Source of the DNA: an uncultured archaeon
Lineage (GTDB): Archaea > Asgardarchaeota > Jordiarchaeia > Jordiarchaeales > Jordiarchaeaceae
Length of the DNA stretch: 32,000 nt
Assembly (NCBI GenBank): GCA_964510585.1
Contig: CAZECW010000062.1
Coordinates: forward strand, 1 to 32,000
Direction of reading: 5' to 3'
Shown: in pieces, positions 8,008 through 16,511 of the stretch
Layout of the letters: each line of letters begins with the position of its first letter
How positions within the stretch are numbered: position 1 is the first letter of the stretch
Translations under genes and position numbers: made by a program
Notes under the pieces: generated by a model
Told to the model about the DNA's origin: nothing
The model's database searches: none
The model's input: only the letters and a program-made list of their open reading frames with translations

Positions 8008-8634
8008 TCAAATAAGTCTCATACCCGCTTTGAAGGCCCTCAAGTTTGTTTCGCCAGTTCCTGGAGGAGTATTCTGTATGATTCCTTCCTCCAATATTTC
8101 TTGTCTTACGGGGATCATTTTTGTGGCGTATGCCGCTCCTAACATTACCATGTTCAAAGCCCTCGCGCTTCCCGTTTCTTTGATGGAGACATCTGTGCCA
8201 TTAATGGTCTTTACATTTGTGATTTCCAATTGTTTTAGGTAGCCTAATATCTGTTCAATAGTAGGGTACTTGTGTGCCGGTTTTCCAGACATGTCTCTTA
8301 GTCCATCGCGAGATAATCCACGCGTTTCAATGGGATAATCATTGGTGATTACTAGGGTTTCTCTGTTTCCATAAATTGCAGCTACTTGGAGTGCTACTAG
8401 TGGTTCGAAGGAAACTATCAGGTTTGCCCCTCCCTCAGGTATCCTCGGAGAGTAGAGTTCCTCACCTGCCCTAATGTAACAGTAAGTTAAAGCGTTTCTA
8501 TGCGTCCATGGGGGAACATCCGCCGATAGAACATTTTTTCCCTCCTGAGATAGAGCTATAACAAGCAATCTTTCAGTGAGGATGATTCCTTGACCGGACA
8601 ACCCGCAAATTATGAGGTTCAACTCTTCACTCAT
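8008..8634 (-). CDS. iorB: Indolepyruvate:ferredoxin oxidoreductase beta subunit (POR gamma-like domain)
   Basis: GLSGQGIILT, ANLIVSFEPLVAL, ALNMVMLGAA, NLRAFKAG; same operon as iorA. Confidence 0.88.
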   Translation of the reverse strand: MSEELNLIICGLSGQGIILTERLLVIALSQEGKNVLSADVPPWTHRNALTYCYIRAGEELYSPRIPEGGANLIVSFEPLVALQVAAIYGNRETLVITNDYPIETRGLSRDGLRDMSGKPAHKYPTIEQILGYLKQLEITNVKTINGTDVSIKETGSARALNMVMLGAAYATKMIPVRQEILEEGIIQNTPPGTGETNLRAFKAGMRLI

Positions 8635-8650
8635 AGTTAGGCTTCCTCCT

Positions 8651-10270
8651 TCACTTGATTTCCTCTATTGCCTTATGGGGGCATATCTGGGGACAGACAC
8701 CGCAGCCCACGCATAGAGCCAGGTCTATTTCGGGGGACCGATACTGAAGATTGGGGTTATCTGTCCAAATTAATGCTATGCATCCAAAGTTTTCGATACA
8801 GTAGCCGCATATGGCACAGTTTAAGCAGCGTTTAGCCTCCATAACCGCAAACTGCTCAGAGTATCCCAACATTATCTCCTTAAAGTTCTTCTTCCTCTCC
8901 TCTGGACTTAAAACGGGCATGGATACCCTCTTTTTTCTAACTATGCCTCGGGGAACCGCTACCACTTCGGGAGGTTTATTTCTGACTTCTTTTCTTCCCT
9001 CAACTAAGTTTTCGCCCTTTAGGTAGCGGTCTATGCTCTCTGCAGCCATGTGCCCGGTTTGCACTGCCTCCACAAAGCTTGCAGGGCCATTAACACAGTC
9101 GCCAGCCGCAAAAACTCCCGGGACGTTGGTTTCAAGGGTCTCGGGGTTAACTTTGAAGGTTCTGAGTGGAGTTTTGTCCAATTTTTCAAATCCTTTAAAG
9201 TCTGGTTCCTGACCGATGGCTATGATTATGGTGTCGGCTTCCATGATTGTTTCTGTGCCTTCAACGAATTGTGGGGAAAATCTTCCTTGGGAGTCAAATA
9301 CGCAGCTGCAAACTATGGTTTCTAAGCCTACCACTTTGCCTCCCCTTGTGAGAATTCTTTTGGGTCCAAGCGAGGGACATATTTTGACTCCCTCCTCTAC
9401 TGCCTCTTCTAATTGCCATTCGTGGGCGGGCATCTCATCACGCGACTCTAAGCAGACCATGGAAACCTCTTTCGCCCCCAGCCTTACTGCACACTGGGCA
9501 CAGTCCACCGCCACATTTCCCCCGCCGATAACAATTACTCGTTCTCCCAGCTCCACCCTTTTTCCCATCTTCACTTCTCTCAGGAAAGGCAGTCCGTAAA
9601 TTACGCCCTTACTCTCTATTCCTTCCAGTTTGATTCTTCGAGGATTCTGGGCACCTATAGCCACTAGTATAGCCGTGAACCCCTCACTCCAGAGCTTATC
9701 AATGTCGTATATGGGAGTCTCAGTTCTTATCTCTATTCCGGCTTTTAGAATCTGGTTGATTTCTTTTATGGCGACTTCCCGTGGAATTCGGTAATCTGGA
9801 AGGCAACTTGTTATCATTCCTCCGGGCTGCTTTGAAGCTTCGAAAACTGTTACTCTATAGCCCAGCTTTAGCAAATCGTAGGCCGCTGTTAGCCCCGCGG
9901 GGCCCGCTCCCACTATTGCAATCTTCTCTTCTCTTTTTGGCTCAATCTTTTTCAGCCAAGGCTGGTCTGAGTAAAAATCGGCTAGGAAGCGTTTCAAATC
10001 CCTTACTGCTATGGGTTGATCTATGCTGCTTCTTGTACAATATGTTTCGCAGGGATGATGGCAAATTCGTCCACAGATGGCTGGGAAGGGCATCCTCTCC
10101 ACAATGGTTTCCAAGGCCTCCCTAAACTTTCCCATAGATATTAAAGTTACATATTTCGGGATATCTATGTCTGCGGGGCAAGCTGCATGGCAGGGGGCCC
10201 TATTTCCAGTCCAAGCTTGACACAGCTCTCTATTTATTTTCCACTGGTTTCCTAAAGGTTTCAAACTCAT
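8651..10270 (-). CDS. GltD-like FAD/NAD(P) oxidoreductase inserted in an IorA-type 2x[4Fe-4S] ferredoxin domain
   Basis: PCHAACP, CGRICHHPCETYC, FAD motif VGAGPAGLTAA, second Rossmann IGGGNVAVD, FAAGD, EAKRCLNC, then CAICGYCIENFGC and CVGCGVCPQICP. Confidence 0.85.
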   Translation of the reverse strand: MSLKPLGNQWKINRELCQAWTGNRAPCHAACPADIDIPKYVTLISMGKFREALETIVERMPFPAICGRICHHPCETYCTRSSIDQPIAVRDLKRFLADFYSDQPWLKKIEPKREEKIAIVGAGPAGLTAAYDLLKLGYRVTVFEASKQPGGMITSCLPDYRIPREVAIKEINQILKAGIEIRTETPIYDIDKLWSEGFTAILVAIGAQNPRRIKLEGIESKGVIYGLPFLREVKMGKRVELGERVIVIGGGNVAVDCAQCAVRLGAKEVSMVCLESRDEMPAHEWQLEEAVEEGVKICPSLGPKRILTRGGKVVGLETIVCSCVFDSQGRFSPQFVEGTETIMEADTIIIAIGQEPDFKGFEKLDKTPLRTFKVNPETLETNVPGVFAAGDCVNGPASFVEAVQTGHMAAESIDRYLKGENLVEGRKEVRNKPPEVVAVPRGIVRKKRVSMPVLSPEERKKNFKEIMLGYSEQFAVMEAKRCLNCAICGYCIENFGCIALIWTDNPNLQYRSPEIDLALCVGCGVCPQICPHKAIEEIK

Positions 10271-12096
10271 TTGGCAATCAACCCCTTTATTCTTTGTGCC
10301 AGAAGGGCGCAGGTTTGCCTAGCTATCACCACAGCCACCCCCTTAACCTCTAAGGCTTCTCTGAGGGTTTTGGTGGTTTCCTCAAAGTTGTATGGGTCTA
10401 CCACCTTAACGTAGTCTACCTGAAAGGATTTCACTATTTCCTCAATGTCCAAAATCTTGGTGGGTTCCCTAGTTGCGGTAATGCCGAAGGCACCCGGATG
10501 GGGCTGATGCCCAGTATTCCCAGTTGTCCTGTTATCTAGAACGTAGAGCAGTAAGTTGGCTTTGTTATAAACAGCATTAACCAACGCCGACATTCCCGAG
10601 TGGAAAAACGTACTATCTCCGATGTATGCGATTATTTTATCTTTTGAACCCGCGTGGTAGATTCCGCTGGCCATGCTGATTCCAGAACCCATACTAAGGT
10701 TTGCATGTGAAGCATTAAGTGGCGGTACAGCCAACATACCGTAGCAACCCACATCTCCAATAAAGGTAACATCATCTCCATAAAGCTCATTGCAAACAGT
10801 CTTCAGAGCAAACCCAGCGGCCAATTCTGGGCATCCGGGACAGAATCTGGGAACATTAATAAAGAACAGCTCCCTGTATAGCAGATTTTTGCCCCTCTCA
10901 ATTCTTTCCTCTTCCTCTTTTGGCAGGAAGGTTACATTTAGCATTTTGCCCAGTGCTCTTCCAATCATGTTTCGAGTAACCTCGTTGCAGATGGGAATGT
11001 CACCGGTGAGTTTGCCAAAAATCTTGGCGTGTCTGTCCATGTTTGCCGAGAGGGCACGCACCTCTGTCTCTACGAAGGGTTCAATCTGCTCCACAACTAA
11101 AACTTTCTCCGTTTTCTCCAATATTTCGGCAACCTTACTTTTGGGCAGGGGGTAGGATGTGACCAGTTTCAGGATTGCCACCTTTTCCTCTGCGCCTAGA
11201 AACTTTATGGCTTCCATTGCCTCCTGGTAACATTCACCAACTGCAATCACTCCAAATTGGGCATCCCCACCAAAAACCAGAGTGTTCCAGGGTAACTCAT
11301 CCACAACTTTTTCAGTGTAATCAGCCTTGGGCAGTGAACCAACAGTGTTCTCCCACTCCTTCACTGGTAATTCGTCGTGAAACCTCATGTGCTTTGCACC
11401 GAAAGGCTTCATGGGCCAGGGGAAGGCGTCTCCTAGAAGCCATCGGCGGTTCTTATCAAAGCTTGGTTTCCTCTCCCTTATGTCGTGGCGAATTTCTCCA
11501 AAGGTGACTGGAGCTCTTTGATAAGCCAGCCCAGTCGTGATTCTAACCACAACAGGAAGTTTAACCTTCTCCGAAAGCTCAAAGGCCTGAAACGTATAGT
11601 CCTTAACCTCCTGTATGGAGGTGGGCTCGATGACTGGAACTTCAGCATACCTTGCCAAATAGCGGGTGTCCATCTCATTCTCCGTTTCTAAAGCGCCCGG
11701 ATCGTCGCCTACCGCCAAAACTAGCCCTGAGGGGCCGAGATTGGCTCCCTGAACCAGAGAATCTATGATAACATTCATGCCCAACTGTTTCATGGGTGAC
11801 AGGGCCCGCACGCCAGCCATTGCTGCCCCTAGAGCTACATCATATGCGACTTTTTCGTTAGATGACCATTCCACGTGCATTGAGGGGTAGATTTTTGCGG
11901 CCATAGCTAGGCTCTCGATTGTGTACTGTAGGGGTGAACCGGGATAGGCTGCCACCACCTTTACACCGGCTTCGATGGCACCTCTGGCAATCGCCTCGTT
12001 ACAGCTAATCATGAATGTTTTTCCCGGATAATCCTTGGCTACATCACCACTAGCCCACTTCAGAAAAGTGGGAGGCGCATAAGTTTCTTTAACCAT
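10267..12096 (-). CDS. iorA: Indolepyruvate:ferredoxin oxidoreductase alpha subunit lacking the C-terminal ferredoxin domain
   Basis: NEAIARGAIEAG, YPGSP, EWSSNEKVA, FCPGCP, GDVGCY, TPP motif GDSTFFHSG...DNRTTGNTGHQP. ATG 12096 lies 9 nt after GAGG (ORF track uses TTG 12102). Confidence 0.92.
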   Translation of the reverse strand: MVKETYAPPTFLKWASGDVAKDYPGKTFMISCNEAIARGAIEAGVKVVAAYPGSPLQYTIESLAMAAKIYPSMHVEWSSNEKVAYDVALGAAMAGVRALSPMKQLGMNVIIDSLVQGANLGPSGLVLAVGDDPGALETENEMDTRYLARYAEVPVIEPTSIQEVKDYTFQAFELSEKVKLPVVVRITTGLAYQRAPVTFGEIRHDIRERKPSFDKNRRWLLGDAFPWPMKPFGAKHMRFHDELPVKEWENTVGSLPKADYTEKVVDELPWNTLVFGGDAQFGVIAVGECYQEAMEAIKFLGAEEKVAILKLVTSYPLPKSKVAEILEKTEKVLVVEQIEPFVETEVRALSANMDRHAKIFGKLTGDIPICNEVTRNMIGRALGKMLNVTFLPKEEEERIERGKNLLYRELFFINVPRFCPGCPELAAGFALKTVCNELYGDDVTFIGDVGCYGMLAVPPLNASHANLSMGSGISMASGIYHAGSKDKIIAYIGDSTFFHSGMSALVNAVYNKANLLLYVLDNRTTGNTGHQPHPGAFGITATREPTKILDIEEIVKSFQVDYVKVVDPYNFEETTKTLREALEVKGVAVVIARQTCALLAQRIKGLIAK

Positions 12097-12380
12097 CTTC
12101 AAAATCCTCTCAACGAATAACTTTTAAAACATTATAGTGACAATTCATAAGTCTATCTATTGTCCTGTCCTAAATAGTTTCGCAAACTCAAATGAATGAA
12201 CTGCAGGAATTTATTAAGTTTTTGTGCTTTTGAAGATATGCAAAAAGAGATGAAAATTGTGAAACTGATTGCTTGACCAGTATTTTTATAAGTATGAATT
12301 ATGCAAACGTTTGGTAAAAACCTATTTTTAATTCTCTTACGATTCTTTCCCTTCTATTTTTTGTTGAATTCCTTATTTAC

Positions 12381-12658
12381 AAAACCTTGGCGAGAAAGCC
12401 CCCGACTTCTAGTCGTGGGGATGAATCGCCAAAAAGCTTATTTGAAAGTAGGGTATACTAATAGTTGTTAGTAGCTGAAGGGTTTGGCTTGGGCTTAAGA
12501 GGCTAAACAAGACGCAGCCCCCATGAGGGTGCCAACATAGACGCCGTTCCCTTTGAGGGAAGGGCGTGTTAACTGGGTGATGGCACACCCATTGCTTCCT
12601 AAGGCTCCCGATGAGCCAGAAGCAAGAATCTCCCGACTTTAGTCGCGGAGAGTGTCAA
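12381..12658 (+). mobile_element. Complete 278-bp non-autonomous IS200/IS605-family element (PATE-like), no transposase or TnpB
   Basis: TTAC at 12377-12380 precedes the left end; AAAG (12395-12398) precedes a bulged hairpin (12399-12420); GAAT (12626-12629) precedes a bulged hairpin (12630-12650); ends in TCAA (12655-12658). These four tetranucleotides equal the known IS608 CL/GL/GR/CR set. Second copy at window start. Confidence 0.9.
12481..12658 (+). ncRNA. Putative structured RNA, possibly a TnpB omega/reRNA-type scaffold
   Basis: Consecutive hairpins at 12482-12508, 12541-12567, 12574-12591, 12592-12625 and 12630-12650, running up to the element right end. No expression evidence. Confidence 0.4.
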
Positions 12659-12707
12659 ATTTCGCAAAAATAGAAAAGAATAAACCAATGGGTGCGGAAA
12701 GTGGGTT

Positions 12708-13517
12708 TCAAAAATAGTTTCTACATTTATAATTTGAACAAGTAGGGTCACTTCCTCTTTTTATCTTATCTACTAGTTTCGGGAGAAATTCGCCTGCGCT
12801 CGCATAAATTCTCACATCTGCGATTTCTTCCATTTGGGTTTCACCCAAATTTATTATTACTATTTTGGCACCATGTCTTTTTGCGATGAGCGGGAACTGG
12901 TTGGCAGGAGACACACTAAGGGAGGAACCTATCACCAACATCACATCACATTTCTGTGCCTGCTTAAGTGATTCCTGCATTTCCCGCTCAGGCATTGGGT
13001 CGCCAAAGTTTACCACGGAGGAAATAATTCTGCCCGAACACTTGGGACAAACAGGTTGGCCGGGAACCGGCTGCTCAGTTCTGTAGCCCTTACCAAATAA
13101 TAGGTCGTCCCACCCTATTTCCTTCTTCGAAAAACGTGCGTCACAATTTATACATTTCATCAAAGTGTAGTTGCCGTGAAGCTCAGAGAGAATGTTGGAG
13201 GGAATACCCGATTTTAAATGGAGATTATCAACGTTTTGAGATATAAGATATTTCAGTATACCCATACGGTAAAGCTCAACAAGAGCATAATGGCCCGGAT
13301 TAGGCTCAATTTGATCCATAGGCTTAACCGGTAACTTGGGCTTCAAACCCTTAGCTTTAAGTGTCCAAACCCCTTCCGGGCCCCTATAGTCCGGAAGCCC
13401 AGACTCAGTCGAGATACCCGCCCCAGTAAACGCAACCAGATAGGAAGAATTAATTATAAGTTCAGCAACCTTCTCCAAATCTTCCACAGTGAAAGACAAA
13501 AACACTCCATCCTCCAA
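12708..13517 (-). CDS. Sir2-family NAD-dependent deacylase, class IV (SIRT6/7)-like N-terminal half
   Basis: GAGISTESGLPDYRGPEGVWT, ISQNVDNLH, ELHGN catalytic His, two CxxC Zn pairs, VNFGD, GSSL, INL. Exact start uncertain. Confidence 0.93.
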   Translation of the reverse strand: MEDGVFLSFTVEDLEKVAELIINSSYLVAFTGAGISTESGLPDYRGPEGVWTLKAKGLKPKLPVKPMDQIEPNPGHYALVELYRMGILKYLISQNVDNLHLKSGIPSNILSELHGNYTLMKCINCDARFSKKEIGWDDLLFGKGYRTEQPVPGQPVCPKCSGRIISSVVNFGDPMPEREMQESLKQAQKCDVMLVIGSSLSVSPANQFPLIAKRHGAKIVIINLGETQMEEIADVRIYASAGEFLPKLVDKIKRGSDPTCSNYKCRNYF

Positions 13518-13699
13518 TCAATCGCTACAGTTCCAATGACTACACTAGTTAAAATATTTTTCAGAACCAAATAAACGATTTCAAGCTTCTAAAATTAGAA
13601 AAAGGGTGGTTAAGCTTTTTGGCTGAACACACCCGTTGACTTGCAATATTTTTATGGAGTAGCACTTTTGTATAAAGGGGAAATGGGAGAAAAAAAGGG

Positions 13700-14842
13700 T
13701 TAACCGGCCAACATTTTTGAGGCAAGCAAGGCATATATCTTTGTTGTGTCAATCACGTCTTCTACTTTAAAGTGCTCATCCGGTTGATGCCCCACCTTGG
13801 GGTCGCTGGGACCAATGATTATTGTGGGAATTCCGATTTCGGCAAAAAATCGCCCATCACTTATTTGGGCGTAGCCCGTGAGTTTAGGATCTAATTTTAG
13901 CTCTCTATAGACTTCTTGAGCCACCTTGACCAATTTGTTCTCCGGAGATGTTTCAAAGGGATGACCCTCAGCCAGTACTATAACGTCTGCCTTAAAGTCC
14001 GGATCTCTATTCTTGAGGTCTTCTATAATCTCGAAGATTTCTTTTTTAATTTCTTCTGTGGTTTGTCCGGGTATCATTCTTCGATCAATGGTTACTTCGC
14101 ATGAGTCTGGTACCATGTTAAGTCTTACTCCACCACTAATGGTTCCCACACAAATGGAGGGAGGTGTGGTTAGTGGGTGGCGTTGCTTGGCGATTTTTTT
14201 CTCAATTTTTTCTTCGATCTCGTTGAGAAATTTCCTCATTTTATCTATGGCGCTGATTCCCTCCCAAGGTGTACTGGCGTGTGCAGCCCTTCCCTTGGTT
14301 TTTACGTAGAACCAGACGCCCCCCTTCTCTGCTATTGCAATTTTGTTATCAGTTTGCTCCCCAATGACCACATAGTCGGGACGAAGCCCCTTATTCAAAC
14401 AATGCTTCGCACCTGCCAATCCTCCGGACTCCTCGTCACTTACTGGGTTTAGAATCATGGTTCCCTCAAGTTTCAATCCCTCCTCCACTATGGCTTTGCC
14501 CGCCATAACCATGGCTACAGTATTGGCCTTAGCATCTGCACATCCCCTACCATAGATGATTCCATTTACTATCTCAGCGCCGAAAGGGTCGTGAGTCCAA
14601 TTGTTAAGATCTCCGGGAGGAACAACATCCAAGTGGCTATTGAAACACAGTTCAGGCCTGCCCTCCCCTATTCTTGCGATGATGTTGGGCTTATCGTCCT
14701 GAATTTTTTCGATAGTGTATTTGATGCCTGCTTCTCTTAACTTTTGCTCAACAAGTTGAAAGGCTTTCCTTGTGTCCCCTGGAGGGTTAACCGTGTTTAT
14801 CCTTACCAGTTCGACCAGAAAATCAATGATTTCATCGTGCAT
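13700..14842 (-). CDS. M20 family metallo-amidohydrolase (ArgE/DapE/YgeY-like)
   Basis: NSHLDVVPPG, GRGCADAK, DEESGG, GEQT, GRAAHAS dimerisation domain, GHQPDE. Confidence 0.9.
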   Translation of the reverse strand: MHDEIIDFLVELVRINTVNPPGDTRKAFQLVEQKLREAGIKYTIEKIQDDKPNIIARIGEGRPELCFNSHLDVVPPGDLNNWTHDPFGAEIVNGIIYGRGCADAKANTVAMVMAGKAIVEEGLKLEGTMILNPVSDEESGGLAGAKHCLNKGLRPDYVVIGEQTDNKIAIAEKGGVWFYVKTKGRAAHASTPWEGISAIDKMRKFLNEIEEKIEKKIAKQRHPLTTPPSICVGTISGGVRLNMVPDSCEVTIDRRMIPGQTTEEIKKEIFEIIEDLKNRDPDFKADVIVLAEGHPFETSPENKLVKVAQEVYRELKLDPKLTGYAQISDGRFFAEIGIPTIIIGPSDPKVGHQPDEHFKVEDVIDTTKIYALLASKMLAG

Positions 14843-14878
14843 AGAGTTTATTCTTCTAACTATGGGATCTATTTTTAT

Positions 14879-16276
14879 TCACCTCACTGTTTTTACTATT
14901 TCCTCGTCTATTTTTCCCTTGACTGGTTTTCCATGGCCAGGTTTGCCTACTAGCTGTCCTTCTTCTATCACAAGTGTACCTCTTGATATGACCACCGTTG
15001 GCCAGCCTGTTAATTCCCAACCTTCCCAATTTACATAGTCGATATCCATGTGAAGGTCTTCTAAACGTACCTTTCTCTTCAATTTGGGATCTAAGATAAC
15101 TATGTCTGCATCAAAACCCGGTGCTATCAGCCCCTTTTTAGGATACAAACCAAAGAGCTTAGAAGCGTTTAGGCTGGAAACCTCCACAAGCCTAGGCAAA
15201 GTAATCCGCCCCTTATTCACTCCCTCAGAATACAGTATCGGCAACATCAGCTCATTACCGGGTGCGCCATTCGGAGTTTCGTTAAAGGACTTGGCAGCCA
15301 TCTTTGCTTCACTCGGCAGAGGAACATGGTCTGAACCATAGAGGGCAACGTAACCCTCTGCAAGTGCTTTCCAAAGAGCCTCATTGTCCTCCTTCTTTCT
15401 CAGGGGAGGACTTATTATGAAGTTTGCACCGTCAGGACGTTCGTAGAGATCATCCGTTAGTGTTAGGTACTGGGGACATGTTTCTGCATAAACTGCTACG
15501 CCTCTAATTCTAGCGTTTCTTACTAGTTCCACCCCTTCCTTCGTAGACATATGCGCAATATAGATTCTGGATTTAGCCCATTCTGCAAGAAGTATGGCCC
15601 TCTGTATCGCTTCTGCTTCCACCAGATTTGGTTTGGATAGCGGATGGTATTTTGGCTCCTTCTTTCCTTCCTCAACAAATTTTTTAACCATACCCTCTTC
15701 CAACGAATAGTTTTCCGCGTGAACACCAATAATTGCACCTATCTCCCTCGATTTATTCAACATCGTATATAGGTTCCAATCGCTAATCGCCAAAAGTAGA
15801 TAGGTCATGAACTCCTTGAAAGAAGGGTAGCCATACTTAACGACTTCTACCATTTCCCTCAGTACAGCATTCATATCGGAAAAATCAACAAATATACCAT
15901 GAAAAGCAAAATCTATAACCGACTGCTTACCAGCAATTTCTTCTTTCCTTTTAATATCGCCCATCACCCCCAACTTCTCATAAGTTATGGGGTCAAACTG
16001 CGCCGCAAAATCAATCACAGTAGTTATGCCACCGAAAGCCGCAGATATAGATCCAGTTTCCCAAGTCTCTTTGGGGAGAGCCCCCTGAAAGGGCTGTGCA
16101 ATGTGACTGTGGCTATCAATTAGTCCGGGCAGAACTAACTTTCCACGCGCATCGATGACTTTATCCGCCTTTTCAGTCTTTCCAACACTAACTATTTTTC
16201 CATTCTCTACCCCTACATTCGCCTCAAAAACACCGCCAGGCGTCACAACCTTTCCATTTTCAATAACAAGCTCCAC
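14879..16276 (-). CDS. hydA: Dihydropyrimidinase / D-hydantoinase (cyclic amidohydrolase)
   Basis: PGLIDSHSH, SFKEFMTY (carbamylated Lys), VHAEN, IAHMST, ETCPQYL, SPPLR, GSDH, GLIAPGFDADIV; GTG start behind AGGAGG. Confidence 0.88.
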   Translation of the reverse strand: MELVIENGKVVTPGGVFEANVGVENGKIVSVGKTEKADKVIDARGKLVLPGLIDSHSHIAQPFQGALPKETWETGSISAAFGGITTVIDFAAQFDPITYEKLGVMGDIKRKEEIAGKQSVIDFAFHGIFVDFSDMNAVLREMVEVVKYGYPSFKEFMTYLLLAISDWNLYTMLNKSREIGAIIGVHAENYSLEEGMVKKFVEEGKKEPKYHPLSKPNLVEAEAIQRAILLAEWAKSRIYIAHMSTKEGVELVRNARIRGVAVYAETCPQYLTLTDDLYERPDGANFIISPPLRKKEDNEALWKALAEGYVALYGSDHVPLPSEAKMAAKSFNETPNGAPGNELMLPILYSEGVNKGRITLPRLVEVSSLNASKLFGLYPKKGLIAPGFDADIVILDPKLKRKVRLEDLHMDIDYVNWEGWELTGWPTVVISRGTLVIEEGQLVGKPGHGKPVKGKIDEEIVKTVR

Positions 16277-16511
16277 TAAAAACCTCCTTCTTTACCTATT
16301 CAACATAAAAGATTTTTTCGTTCTCTTTCGTAAAAAAGCTTTTCGTTGAAAAACTCCTAGAAAGCGCAATAATACGCTTTTTAGAATTAATAAGATTTAA
16401 ACTTTTAACCGTATAAATAACATATTGCCAAAAGCCTCCAAAACTTGAGACCAACAAAAAATTATAAAGAAAATAACACTTAACATAATAGATTACGAGG
16501 GTTGATAAGAT

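Noticed and set aside
8651-10270. Glutamate synthase small subunit or dihydropyrimidine dehydrogenase PreT
   Set aside because: No gltB or preA is adjacent; the gene lies between iorA and iorB and carries the IorA-type ferredoxin halves.
12178-12186. 9-nt match (tttcgcaaa) to the putative guide downstream of the element
   Set aside because: Too short for an AT-rich region and not preceded by TTAC; likely chance.
12381-12658. Autonomous IS or CRISPR repeat
   Set aside because: No transposase or TnpB ORF and no regularly spaced direct repeats; the two copies are 12 kb apart and inverted.
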